The notes beneath the pieces were generated by a model that worked only from the letters and a program-made list of their open reading frames with translations, searched no databases and was not told the DNA's origin. A program made the translations under genes and the position numbers. Positions 1 through 12,530 of a DNA stretch of 64,000 bases are shown one piece after another. Position 1 is the stretch's first letter; the number at the start of each line of letters is the position of its first letter. The DNA is from Anthoceros angustus (taxonomy: Eukaryota > Plantae > Anthocerotophyta), in the NCBI GenBank assembly GCA_010909165.1, contig MU008150.1:434001-498000 (forward strand), written 5' to 3'.

Positions 1-191
1 CAAAGCTCAGTGGGATTCCATAATGGGTTAGTTCATTTTCTACGCACTTCATGTTTTTGCTCCTGTTACCTTCAGGTGAACCCGTGACAAGTGAATGATT
101 GTTGCTGCAGAAATGTGGATCTGTAATGCTCGGCTATTCCCTCATGCCGGGCAGAATACTACCTCGGCAGTGGAAGCATTTCACCGCTTCT

Positions 192-395
192 CACTACAAG
201 GAGGGGCTACCTTTTACAAATGGGTCTAAGTTTAGTTAGAGGAAACTACAACACTCTTACTACAGCTCAAAGCCTTGTTGTAAGTTTTTCGAACATTTAC
301 AACAAGGGTTCCTAACTAATATGATGTGGCATGGATTTTACAACAGGGGTTTGTTGACATGGCATGTTGACACGAATTTTACAACCGGGGTCACC
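192..395 (+). mobile_element. CACTA (En/Spm)-like left terminus with subterminal repeats, truncated
   Basis: CACTACAAGG at 192-201, followed by repeated TTT(T)ACAA..GGG motifs (~212, ~296, ~336, ~377). The same motif follows the CACTA end at 24844. Confidence 0.6.
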
Positions 396-409
396 ACCAA
401 GCAACCTTA

Positions 410-2277
410 CCCATTGTATGGAGAGGGGAAGGGGTAGGAGGATCCTGATGAATTTGTTGAGCGTTTTGAGCAGCTGACATTTGCAAACCAGGAAGCGGGT
501 GATGCACAGATTCAGCTGTTCTACTGTGTTCTTCGGGGAGGACCAGCAAAGTGGTATAGGCGCGAATATCTCAAGTCAGCCACACCTCCAGCCACCTTTG
601 AAGAGTTAAAAAGCGCCTTCTGTGAAAGGTTTAGGGGGCTCGACGTGGAGGGATATGTGTTGTCCCAACTTGAAAAGTCAGAGAGGAAGGAAGGAAACCT
701 TGCAAGCGATGTTGAGAGGTTTCAGCCACGCGATCGGGTGGTCCTCATTCGAGCTGCTGCAATACGGTGGTTCGCTAAAGGCCTGGGTTCTAAGATGGGG
801 AGACACGTAAGGTTGCAAGCGGAGAAGAGTTTGGGCAAGGCTATCAAGGCAGCGCTAAATTATAAGGAATCTAACCCGCAGGATATAAAGAGAGCTAGAA
901 AGGACAGGAGGAAGCCCAGGACAGGAGGAAGCCCAGGACAGGGAAAAAGAGAAAGGATTCCTCATCCTCCTCGGAAGAAAGTTCATCAGGTGAGGAGAGT
1001 TCCACAGAAGATTCCACAGAGAGTTCCACAGAGGAAGAAACAAGTGACAGCTCGGAAGAATCGTCAGATGAGGAGCGCGCCAGACGGAAAAAGAAGAAAA
1101 CAAGGGGTGAGGGGGAAGGAAGGGTCGCATACGGGACAACAAGGAACTGGCAAGAGCGAAACAAGAGGCGTTGTATGCAAAAAAAGATGCGGAGCAGGCG
1201 AGAAGGGAAGCTGAGGCGGCAGCCAAGAAAGTGGAACAACAGGGAAACAAGATGGAGGAGATGATGGCAAAATTTGAGAAATTCCATCTCAACGCGGTGA
1301 AGGAACACGAGAGAAGGAGAGCTGCCACGAATCCATGGGCTAACCTCTTCTGTTCAACATGTGGGCAGCAGGGTCACTCCAAGGCTAACTGCCCGACAAC
1401 AAGAGTGCAACTGCTCGGATATGAGGAGGAAGAGGAAGATACCCCTGTGGAGGATACATATCAGATTCAGGAAGTACAGTCAAATCAGGTGTACCCGAAG
1501 ACTATGTATCCCTCCAACTTACGAAATTCCGCAGGCGTAGGCGTTCGTAATCAGCTGGCGCGGAGTAATAATCCGATGGGCACTGTCCTGTGCTACAACT
1601 GTCGCAACCTTGGACACTATGCGCATAGCTGCCCTTGGCCAACCCGTCAGGGCAATGGAGATTTCGATAAACTGTGTGAAGATTGCAAGCAGCAGGGGCA
1701 TTTGGCAGGAAGCGTACTTTGCCAAAACCCCAGAAAAACAGTCAGGATCGCGCAGCCACCAGTGACGGGGGTTCAGCTGGCTCCGAGCCAAGGTTCCGTG
1801 CCTGCCATGCATGTAGAAGACGCGTTGATGGCTGTATGGGAGGGCGCCGAGATTAAGACCCTAAAAAGCTTAGAGGGTTTAGATGCCATGGATAATGATT
1901 ATTATGGGGAGGCATCTGCCATGGTCGTCAGAACGCGGAGCTCAAAAGCTAAGGAGAAGAGGCGTGGGGGAAAGAAAAGAAGGAAGGAGGTAGATACGAC
2001 CACAGGGTCGGATGAAGGGGAGCGTATCTCGGCCGCGTCAAGCGAGGAAATGTCAAAATTTGCAGAAACGGCGTTCGGAGGTGGAGCGGACCCAAGCGCA
2101 TCCGGTACTTTGGCGGACGAACCAACCAGGCAGGGTGGAGGTACGTGTGAGATACAGAGTGTTCCAAATGGCGAGGGTGGAAATTCAAACCAGGGAAAGG
2201 AATTCCCAACGGACGTAGTCGTAGAAACTTTACAAGCTCCCGCAGGAACTGCCGAACAGGATAAAAATGGGTTATGA
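410..2277 (+). mobile_element. Ty3/Gypsy gag region, degenerate, no LTR visible
   Basis: EDPDEFVERFE...KWY...TFEELKSAFCERF gag motif with a stop at 435-437 and frameshifts. Zinc knuckles CSTCGQQGHSKANC, CYNCRNLGHYAHSC and variant CEDCKQQGHLAGSVLC in ORF 1171-2277. Confidence 0.8.
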
Positions 2278-5200
2278 GTGTTGTTGTCCCCCTCTGAACC
2301 CATAAGCTCCTCATCGTCGTCATAGAGAGTCACCATGGAAGTGTCAATGGGCTCGTCAACTTGAACACCAGAGATAGAAGAAGAGTCCTCAGTGTGTGCT
2401 TGTGTTTGTTGAAGGTGACGTTGAAGTAGAATATCCTCATGGAAAATCACACTTCGAGAAATGGTCAGCGATCGAGAGGCAGGGTCAAAAAGTTTGTATC
2501 CCTTCACGTCATTAGAATAGCCAACAAAAATACGTTGATGTGCCTTGGGATCAAGCTTGGTCTGCAACTCAGAAGGAATGAAGGCATATGCAGGTGAGCC
2601 AAACACACGCAAATGAGAGATGCGAGGTTTCTTGCCTGTCCAAAGCTCATAGGGGGTTGTGGATCCCAACTCCTTTGAAGGTAGTCGATTCTGAATATAG
2701 TTGGTGGTGACGAGAGCCTCTGCCCAATAGCCTCGTGTGAGGCCAGCAAACAACAAACTGGCTAAAGTGGCCTCCTGAAGGGTTATTCTTCCTCTCGGCA
2801 AAGGAATTCTGCGCTGGAGTGTAAGGAACTGTGAGTTGGTGCTGGATTCCTTCAGCTTCACAGAAGTCCTTGAAGGCCCGACTTGTATACTCTCCACCAT
2901 TGTCAGATCTTATGATCTTCACACGTGCACCAGTCCTCCTTTGAGCATGTCTCACAAATGACTGAAAACAATCTAGAACTTCACTCTTGTGTTTGATGGG
3001 ATACACTGTACAATATCTTGACCATTCGTCTATAAAAGTGACAAAGTAAGATGCCCCTCCAAAAGAGGCTGTGGAAATAGGGCCACATACGTCACTATGA
3101 ATGGTCTCCAAGATAGCAGTGGCTCTAGTGGGCAGTGTATCCTTAAAAGGCAAGGAATGAGCCTTGCTCATGGCACAGGAGTCGCAAAAAGGCTTAGAAT
3201 CATGAGTGAAAGCCAATGTATCCCTAAAACTCCCACTGTTTGCTAGTGTGGACAAACGCTGAAAGTTCACGTGCCCTAGGCGACAATGCCAAAGGTGCAT
3301 ACTACACTTAGACTGAGCAACATGTGTGGAGGGCATAGGGGCTGACAAAGTGTGAACATCCAGTAGGTAAAGATCATTGTAAGGCTGACCTGAGAAGAGT
3401 TGGAGACCAGTGTCTATACTGGATATGTAGCAACCAGTGTGGTCGAAACATGTTTGACAAGCATGCTCTTGGGAGAGCTTCATGACAGACATCAAATTCT
3501 TTGTCATGGCAGGTACATAAAGTACTCCGGTGAGGTTGAGACTCCCACCACTGGGCAACTTGATAAGGACTGAACCCATGCCCTTGATTGACAAGCCACT
3601 ATCATCCCCTAACAACACGAACTGCTTGTCGTCAGTGGATGGGACAAAAGAGGAGAAGGCATGTCTATCAAGGCAAATGTGGCTTGTTGCTCCAGAATCA
3701 AGAAACCAGCTATTTTGCTGGACAACAACTGAATTGAGGCAAACAGCGAGGATAGAAGGTGTCTTAGCTTTAGCTACGGCCACATTGGACTCTTGGGTGG
3801 CTGACTCCCGCCTGGGCTCACCACCCTTCTTCTTCCTACAGTCCCTCTCGAAATGCCCTGGTATTTTACACCAGTTACAGGTGAAAGCTTTCTTCTGTGT
3901 GCCTTGCTGGCTTGTAGGAGATTGGGACATGCCTCGTCCTCGGCCACGTCCGCGATATCCACCTCTCCCCCTTGAAGCAAAAAGTACTCTGTCGGCGTTG
4001 TTGCTTGAAGAGCCTTTATTCTTGTGAAGAGTTCTTGAGCGCTCCTCTGCCAGCAGGGCTCCAAGTACTTCCTCCAAGGTCACAGCAGGTTGATTGCCAG
4101 CAGTTGTTGCTTGAACTGCAGCTCGTATGGTGGCATTCTGTGAGCAAACCAGCTGGCTGTATGTGTCCGGCAGAGAGGCAAGAAGGCTAACCGCAGCCTG
4201 AACCTCTGTTAAGACAGTACCACAACAAGCCAAATTAGCCCTCAAGGTCCTAAATTTGTGAATGTAGGCCTCAACAGGCTCATTGTCCTTCATTCTCAGA
4301 TTTAAAAAGTCACGATATGCGTGCACCATCGAGGCTGAGCTTTTATCTTCATATATGAGTTGAAAAACCTTCCACACAGCATTGGAGGTTGCTGCTCCTA
4401 TAGTGTGTGGCATCATGGTCCTGTCTAGGGCTACGATTAGTATTGATCGAGCCCTTCTATCCTTACGCTGCCAAGCTAGGACGTCCTCGGGAGGAGTTGT
4501 GGGGATGGCTACAGTGCCATCCACAATAGACATTAACTCATTTTCTTCGAAAATTTGCGTAAGCCTCATGGACCAAATTGCATAATCAGTCCCATTAAAC
4601 CTATCTTTGTCCCTAAACTCAATCTTAAGAGGAACAACAGCAGGAGGTGTTACAGGAGGTGGAGGAGGATTAGCTGCCATGCTTGCAAGAACTTGGTTGC
4701 TAGTCAACCTGAAAAGAGACTTGGTCTGACGTAGCAACCTAGCCTGCACAGCTTGAAGGGAGAAGTCATGAGGTAAGTACTCATCAGACTCCGAATCCGA
4801 ATCATAAAACAGGAAAGACAAATCAAATGTGTTGTACTCCCCGGATTGCATTCAGGAAGGCTCGCTCAGAGGACTGAGGAAAGACAACGACAAGACATTG
4901 AAACCCCAGGTTCAAGACTCAAAGCTGAGAGGTGGTCTTGGCAAATCTCATGAAGCATCTGGATGGATTCGGCAAGGCAATCAATCAGCTCCTTCTGTGC
5001 AAGCATGCGTTGCAGATTGTTGACTAGCGGACGAACGGAAGGTCTTGAAGCGTTGCAGTTTGAAGACTCCACTCCAGTTGTCCTCGGAAGCGGGCCAGCA
5101 ACTGGTCGAATGTGTTGTGGCCGAGCGTTTCTTGGGGTGCAAATCCTGGAAGCTTGTCGTTGGTGTCTCAGCTGTGATGAAGGCGAAGATCTTCCGGCAC

Positions 5201-5585
5201 GTTCCTCCTCTCTACACTCCGGACAGAGAAACTCTGTGGAAATTGGTCGAGATTGGGTGCGATTGAAACCGGCCCTTCCGTGTCGCTTCGGCATGCTGAG
5301 AATCTCGCGTCAAGCGCTCGTCGGAGAGGAACCCGTGGCTCTGATACCATTAAGGGATGCAGAGGCTACCATCTAGAAGAACAGATGGGCAAGCCGTGAC
5401 CGACGAGAAACGAAAGGCACGAGACAGAGAAGCAAGCAGACAGTTTCCAAATGATGATAACTTGATTATGAACAGAAGTATTTGTACAGGAAATTGTAAC
5501 TGTCATGGCATAACCGTGCGGCCTACAGTAGCAACTACTAAACTGCTCAAACCGTCAGGTAAATTACAGTCTACCATTATCAACA
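2270..5585 (-). mobile_element. Ty1/Copia element, 5' half: LTR, PBS, gag, protease, integrase; RT-RNaseH absent
   Basis: ORF 4851-2647 has RFNGTDYAIW, CNWCKIPGHFERDC, WFLDSGATSH, LWHCRLGH, HSDVCGP, RSDNGGEY and AERKN. A ~2-nt frameshift near 2795 leads into YWAEA/PYELWTGKKP/IFVGYS. PBS at 5337-5349; candidate LTR 5350-5585 starts TGTTG on the minus strand. Confidence 0.93.
5337..5349 (-). promoter_or_regulatory. Primer binding site complementary to initiator tRNA-Met
   Basis: The minus strand reads TGGTATCAGAGCC. Confidence 0.9.
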
Positions 5586-5675
5586 CGATCAGTATCAAGT
5601 GGTGCGTCCTTGCTTTCGCAAATGCCACCAAAGATACATTGATCTGGTCCAGGACACCCCAACGTTGTTCATTAC

Positions 5676-7229
5676 CTGTCCATGAATCTGTCCGCATTGA
5701 AGTCCATGGGCTGGTCCCACACTTTCCCATTTCTGGCCATTGCCCACATGTTGACGAATAGGGCAGTGTTGGCTGGAATGTGAAAGCCAGCAACGTGGCA
5801 AGACTCGGTGGAGCAATGAGGAATAAGAGAAGGCACAAGAGGATGTAGACGGAACGTCTCTTTCACTACCGCCTGAAGGTAAGGAAGATTATCAATGTCG
5901 TCCTCGGTTACCAGGCGATCCCTCCCCACAACAGCATCCATCTCTTGTTGGGCCTTTTCCAGTTGCTCTGGATGTCTCAGCAACTCTGCCAAAGCCCATT
6001 CCGCAGCAAGGCTGGAGGTGTCCGTCCCGGCATTGTACCTGTCCTATTAGACACAAGATTGAAAGACACATTGTTATCTGCATCCGCAGCAGTCAGACAA
6101 AAGCATTCGCGAAGATGGCAAATGGCCTTCACAAACACCATTTCCCAAGCCAGCTGGCAGGAGGAGATGCATGCACATACCAAAAGAATGCCCTTTATCT
6201 CCCTGTCTGTCATGTGATCGGCTCCATTCTCCCTTGGCAAAGTGAGCATGACATCCAAAAAATCCCGCGCATGATCACCGCTGTTTGGCTCACAGCTCTG
6301 CAGATACTGCCGGTGCTCATCCATGACCTTGTCCAAGAAAGCATCCATTCGGCTATGGGCTGCTTCCATCACCCCCTTGTAGTTTTTTCACTCTGTCCAG
6401 AAAGCCCAGATATGGGACATAGTCCCCGATGAAGGGGAGCACAGCCAAATGAAGAATCTCCTCAACCAGAGCCTTGAACTGCAAAGCCTGCACTTCCCAA
6501 AACACAAAACTTTCAGGCAAGCCCAAGATCTCCATTTCCACTCCGAACCTTGAACTGCAAATCCAGCACTACCCACAACACAAATCCTGCGACCAGTACT
6601 CTTGCCAGACCATGCTACTTCTCACAGTCGCTTGAACACATTCATCTGCTTACCTGCTCGGTGTCGGAGACGAACGACTCCGACTCCGACTCCGACGTTC
6701 CTCCGTACAACTCATGATCAGCACGTCGGATGTCCCCCCATATGGATTTCACCATAGCCGCATTCTCCTCCTACCTCACACCCTGCGCCTGCTGCAGTCG
6801 CTTGGGGCCCAGGACCTCAGTGATCATGATTCCCCGCAGCCGCTTGGTGTGCTTGGTGTAGGGGCTGTAGCCCAAAGTGTCGTCCTGGTATAGTAGGTGA
6901 TTTTTCGCAGAGTGGAAGGGGCGGGAAGCGAAGATGTGGTCTTTGTCCCTGAGGAACAGGCGGGCCATTTCTGGGGAGTCGACTGTCACTCCCAATCGTG
7001 ACCCCAGCCGGAAGCTCACGATAGGCCCGTACTGCCTGGACAGCTCGCTCATCACCTGGTGGGGAAGCTTTGCGGAATTCATGAAAATGGGCACCAGGAT
7101 TCCCAGCACGGGCCATCCTGGAGGGCCTGGAGGAAGCCTTGACTTGCTGGGGCCCGGATTCAACACCCTCCTGGTGTACAGCACAGCCAATGCCAATGCC
7201 GAGGCCAAGACAGCCAAAATGAGCCACAT
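5676..7229 (-). pseudogene. Cytochrome P450, CYP71 clan (A-type), disrupted; heme-binding exon absent
   Basis: TM anchor, LPPGPPGWPVLG, C-helix region, AGTDTSS, KETFR and FNADRF. In-frame TAG at 6771-6773, +1 shift in a G run at 6372-6376, GT donor at 5675 followed ~90 bp later by a Copia LTR. No FxxGxRxCxG seen. Confidence 0.88.
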
Positions 7230-7619
7230 GATTGCTGCACAGTCTCAGACTGAAGCACAGCACAAGGCTTCCAGCTTCACGAGCTACTGAAAGCAGCACG
7301 CCAGTGAGCCGATTATCCGGCTAGCCATTCTAAGAATCTCTCATCTCAATCCGCAACCTCCTGGCTGGGCTTAGCGTTTGAGCCTCCCCACTGCTCGCAA
7401 TTTAAAAGTGAAGAGATTCCCCCATCCCAAGAAAAGTTCCCACGATGCCTCCAGGAAACTGTATGCCAGCAACCAATTTGTGGGAATGAGGATTCACAAG
7501 TGTGATTCTTAGACGTGTCTCAAAGTGTTATCTACCACAGCGAGCAGCCTTGACCGACTGGGGTGAGCCTCCCATGCGCTGCACGATTAGACTTTCAAAG
7601 CACCACACTCCTAACTACC

Positions 7620-9300
7620 AGTCATCACGACGGACAGAGCACCAGAAGACTTTCAAACCACCACACTTCTATAATGTACAAAGAGCCCAGGCCTCCTTGG
7701 CAACGTCCAGACCACATCTAGAAAATGTCTCTCAACCACGACGTCTACGTATGGTTCTACAGAACTGGAGGCGCTCGCAGGGAGCTTCCTGCACATGGAC
7801 TCGGCCACCCGGCCAAGGTGAGCTCCTGTGGCCCCCTCTCCACCAGCCCTTTCGTCGGCGGCCTCCTCACCGCGGGGGAATCACAGTGATGGAAGCTTGA
7901 CAGGTCCATACTACTTACAGACTCCGACAATTGAGAAATGTTGGAAGGCCAGTTGTTAGATACGTTTATCAACATACTCAAATGAGGACACTACTAACTG
8001 CCTTCTCCTAGCCCGTACCCTCAGGCAACAATGACCAAGTCTTCTCACCTGCCTTGAAAGGACAGGGGCGTTGCAACAACCGTCACCCATCCAGGGGAAG
8101 TCTGACTGGCGAGGGTGAGCTCATTGACACAACACTTCCCATCCTGTCCTGTATTTTAATATTAGAATCTGGTTCTGGATCATTCTGTCCATGAATGTAC
8201 ACTGTAGAGAGCAGCTGAATTAAGGCTTGACGGAGTGGTCGAAAACGCTCACGATTCTGCATTTTGGTGTTAGCATCTGGTTCTCGACCATTTTGTCCAT
8301 GAATGTAAACGGTAAAGAACAGCTAAATCAAGGCTTCAGGGAAAGGTGGAAAACCTTCACGATTGTTCAACCACCCTGCGCGCCATAGTGCTATCAGTGT
8401 GCTTGAAATGAACTGGAATGCACAAGGCACCCTCCAGCTGAAGGCAAATCATGAGGGGTTTAAGAGTAGGGCTTGTACAAAACAGGTATCTAGAGCTTTA
8501 CATGCTTTCTTTCCGGTGAAATCCAGGACCTGCAACCTGAAGACTCCAAAACATGATGAACTCTTCATGCTTGCAAGGCATTGGCATCTTCAAACCCTCA
8601 GTCACAGAGGGTCCTGCAAATTACGTCTCATCAGCACATCAATCTCCTACGTACTGCTACCGAGTTGACTACTGCTACCGAGCGGAGATTCACGGAGATG
8701 GATCTCGATTCAGGTCAAACCTAGGCCCTTGGTCGGGAGGCACAGTCTCATCCACATCTACATGTCCCGGAGGAAGAGTGAATTCGGGAATACTCTGACG
8801 CTCAGCTCGTTCAGGTACAGGATGGCTCGTTCCCTCACGACCCTGTCGAAAACCCTCAAGGGATGCTTCATGTGCTGAAGCCGGAGCTGCACCAAGGGAT
8901 GCCTGCAACATCAATATGAAGACCAACACTGAGAACACACCAGCAGATGGAGACTGGCCACAACTTCCCACATGTTCCCTCACCTGTTTAATAGCTTTGC
9001 AGCAGCAAAGAGAGCCCATGAGTTTACCTCTACCGGCATTGGCTGTTCCGGTTCACGGTGTTCACTTGATTTTGCATCTGCAGGTGGATTTCCTTGTACC
9101 CCCGATAATCTGGGCCAGACCTTCTCGGCCTCCTTTTCGGCCTTTTTTTCCTTCACCATTCTCCTGAGGCTCCCGAGAACTCGCTCATAGTGAGCGTTAT
9201 CCTCGACCTCGCTGTCTGTATCGCCCACCCTGTCAACAGCCTTGCGATCCATCAGGTGGGCACAGATTAGCAGGAGCAGACAAAGCAGCTGCGCTGTGGC
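7620..9300 (-). pseudogene. Unidentified degraded multi-exon coding region
   Basis: Phase-compatible GT/AG join near 8983/8903, several open stretches, and an in-frame 108-bp internal duplication at 8165-8372. No family recognised. Confidence 0.35.
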
Positions 9301-12098
9301 TCATCCTGATATCAAGCCTCCCAAGGGGCTTGAACGGGATTCCTATCCAGAACGAGGAGGCCGTTCACGCATGACGGTGCAGGAATGAATGGACGGTGGT
9401 CCTCCAAAGAGTGAACCTTCCATTCGCATTCCTGCTCAAAGGAGACCTTCCACTTCTTGCCATTCGCATTCCATTTCCCACCCAAGAGTGGTATTCTGGG
9501 AAGTTCGACCAATCCATTCCCTGCACGAAACTCAAAAAGCCCTTGGAAGTTGGAACTACGGGCGACCCATACCATGGCAAGGGCCTACCGACACTCCGCT
9601 TCCTGAATCCTACCAATACAACCCGTCAGGCTCGTGGAAACACAACCTCGAGCATCCTGGAGGCCGTAAGCTCTTGCAAGTGAGATCGAGATACGGTAGT
9701 GTATGACTATCAGATTAGTATGACCAAAAATAGACATAGGGTGGATGAAAGATATCGTTTATACCTATAGCAGGAATAATTTTCTTTGAGGGAAAAAAAT
9801 TGATAGGAAAAACCATGCGGCAGAGAACAACTAAGGGAGACCATGAGGGTATACCTATAACAATAGTTGTTTGATTTTTCTAAATATAATATTCTTAATA
9901 ATATAAATAGTGGTGAATCTGTATAATATATAGATAAGATTGGTGTAATATCATTAATATCAAGCATATGGAATGAAATTTAAGAGTGCCAAAACTTTGT
10001 TCCATGTACAACATTAACAAGGTTTTGAGTACTTGAAGGTTATATATGTATTTAAAAATAATATTAAATAAATTATAAGGAATGCTATAATGTATGAATT
10101 ATGGTCTATGAGCAATTAGAAAGATCTGTGTCTATGTTTAAAGCCCTTAGCAAAATGAAAAGTTGTAGATGTAAGTATGGTTTGGTGACTACTTGTGGTT
10201 GAAACGAACAAAACCGTCCCTAAATATGTCTTGAGTAACTTGGGATATAATTTTTTCGCAAGAGGCACATTCACGAGATCTAAAATTTTTAGTGAAAACC
10301 ATCATTTTTGATAGATAGTCATCAAAACTCTCACAATTACGAGCAGTGGGAATAGTCTCAGACATAGGATACGTATATTTAGATTGTCTGCAATAGTTGT
10401 TGGGCTTTGAATTCAATGGTGTCGTGACACACAAACCTATTAGTTTGTGGCTATAGCATCCTCTAGAATAGGGCCTAGACAGAGGGTGCCAAGTGAGGAA
10501 GCAATAGAAGAACAATTACCAACACCTACAAATGTTGTAGAAGCCCTTAGGAGTGGTGGAAGATAAATCTAGCTCACTGATAGCGATGGAAAACAGCATA
10601 AGTCAGCGAGAAAACGTCTCCTGCGAGACAAGTTATCTAAATGGAGAAGTGAATGGAACATCGTACAATTGTTACGAAGCAATCCTCCGAGGCTTCTTTG
10701 AGGCTTGCGAAATCTATCAAAAGTAGCAACCCACAAGCTATGAAGCCCATTTACCCTCCAAGGCAGAAGACGGAAAAGTTCTCAGTCAGATTCAAAAAAA
10801 CTTGGAAGAATGTGGGCGGAATGAGTTAAATATCGCAAACCAGAAAGATTATTAGAGCATAAAGATGGCACTAGCAGACCTAGACCTAGTCTTGGCAACA
10901 GATAAGATAAGCGAGCATGAGCAATGTGATGAATTGGAAGCTACGTGTAGCGCAATACATACGTTGGAACAAGACGCAGATTTGAACAAAGAGTTGAGGA
11001 AGGGCCTAAGAGTGTGGAACCATATTGAAGAGTACCTCAGAGCATTCAGTAATTTTGATAATATCATGAAAAGAAGTTACAAGATGAATTCGTAACGCCA
11101 CTGATCAGCACCGAAATGGACTGTGGCCCCTTGCCACAGCCACAAGCAAACGCCGTTGATGATCACAACATGCGTCGTCTGCACCAGGTAGGGACGTTCC
11201 TATGTCCTTTCTTGTGGAAGTGTTTGTGCAATTGAAGGACACATAGCACTTGGGGCTGCCCACAATTCTCTATGAACTAGCCAGTTGTGTAAGTTCTCAT
11301 GCAGCAATGTTTTCTACGCCTTGTTTCTCGCTGCTCTTGTCTTGTCATTCCAAGTTTTTTGTTCCTCTAGCTTGAAAGATGAGCCGAGCATATGGATGTG
11401 GTAAGTGGAAGGGGGGAACTCGGGGAAAGAATCAGGTGGGCTTGAGGGGGCAAGGGGGCAAGGGTAAGTGAGACACACCTATGGCAGTGGAGTTAGGGTT
11501 GGCATATAGGCATTTCATCATGTATCCTTCTTTCACAATTCAATAAGTTTTGGTTTAAGGTTGCGGGTTTTCTTTGATTTCTTCAACCTTGTTTGAGTTG
11601 ACAACGGGGTGTAGGGTTCCAATCTTTTTTTCGTCGAATTTTTATAGTTCCTAGGTATTAGTTTCATATGAATTCCCTCATACTATCAATTTAAAGAGTG
11701 GAATTGAGTGCGGTGTTTCACATAACATATAAAAATATGGATTATCTAAAACCGGTTGGTTACATAGGACTTTGAGTCTCCTTTGGCTTTGGCTTCCATG
11801 GATTAAGTATTTTTTGTGGTCATTTTGTTCATTAGATGGGGATAGATATTACCTTTGTTTGGTTGCCATGAGTCGACAGGACATGTGGCCGATCCTGTTG
11901 CAGGTGTCTATAACCAAGGGGATTGAACATACAGTGAAGGTGGCTGTTCTTACACAAGAGAGATGCGCTTATTGAGAATGTAACAATGAGCACCATAGAC
12001 GCTGACAAGCTAATTGCAAGATTAAACATGATGCAGACCTAAGATATAAAGAGGATTATCATTATTTGGGCAGAAAGGGATTTTTCTAACTAAGCTCC

Positions 12099-12190
12099 CT
12101 ACTTACAGCTACCTACTGCTTCCAAAATATCATATGCATAAAGAACAGAAGACATGCAAACCACGGAGGAAGAGGAATAAGCGTCACATT
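12099..12190 (-). mobile_element. Short 3'-end relic of the CRE-like non-LTR family
   Basis: DAYSSSSVVCMSSVLYAYDILEAVGS aligns without gaps (12/26 identical) to DAVSSTSVVSRPFHIPDHEVLRAVGS of the 15.4 kb copy. Confidence 0.5.
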
Positions 12191-12530
12191 GCCATCGCCG
12201 ACTTGCGAAGACTTTACCTTTTATGTCCACGGAGTTCCTTTTTTTTATCAGTCCAAGCAAAGGAGTGAAAAAAGTGGGAGCAAGTTTTCGATCTTTTGAG
12301 CTTTGACCACGGTTTGTGGTAACACGGAATGATAGGAGAAACTGTCTGCGATGCATCCGCTCGCCACGTTGTTAGCAGGGTAAAACGGCGTGAATCTGTG
12401 CAATACCAGTAAGAGATTGTCATGTGGCACACTGGACGTAGAGAAACAGATCTCTGCTAGCTGTAGCATTCTTGGGAGAGACACAGTTTGTCTGAGCGGG
12501 AGTTTGGAGCAGCTCCCCGTTTTCAGCTGA

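Noticed and set aside
9312-9690. F-box-associated-like SCVNGLL (minus) or a fifth CRE-like tail ILEAVSSCK (plus)
   Set aside because: Each rests on fewer than 10 residues, and neither alignment extends convincingly.
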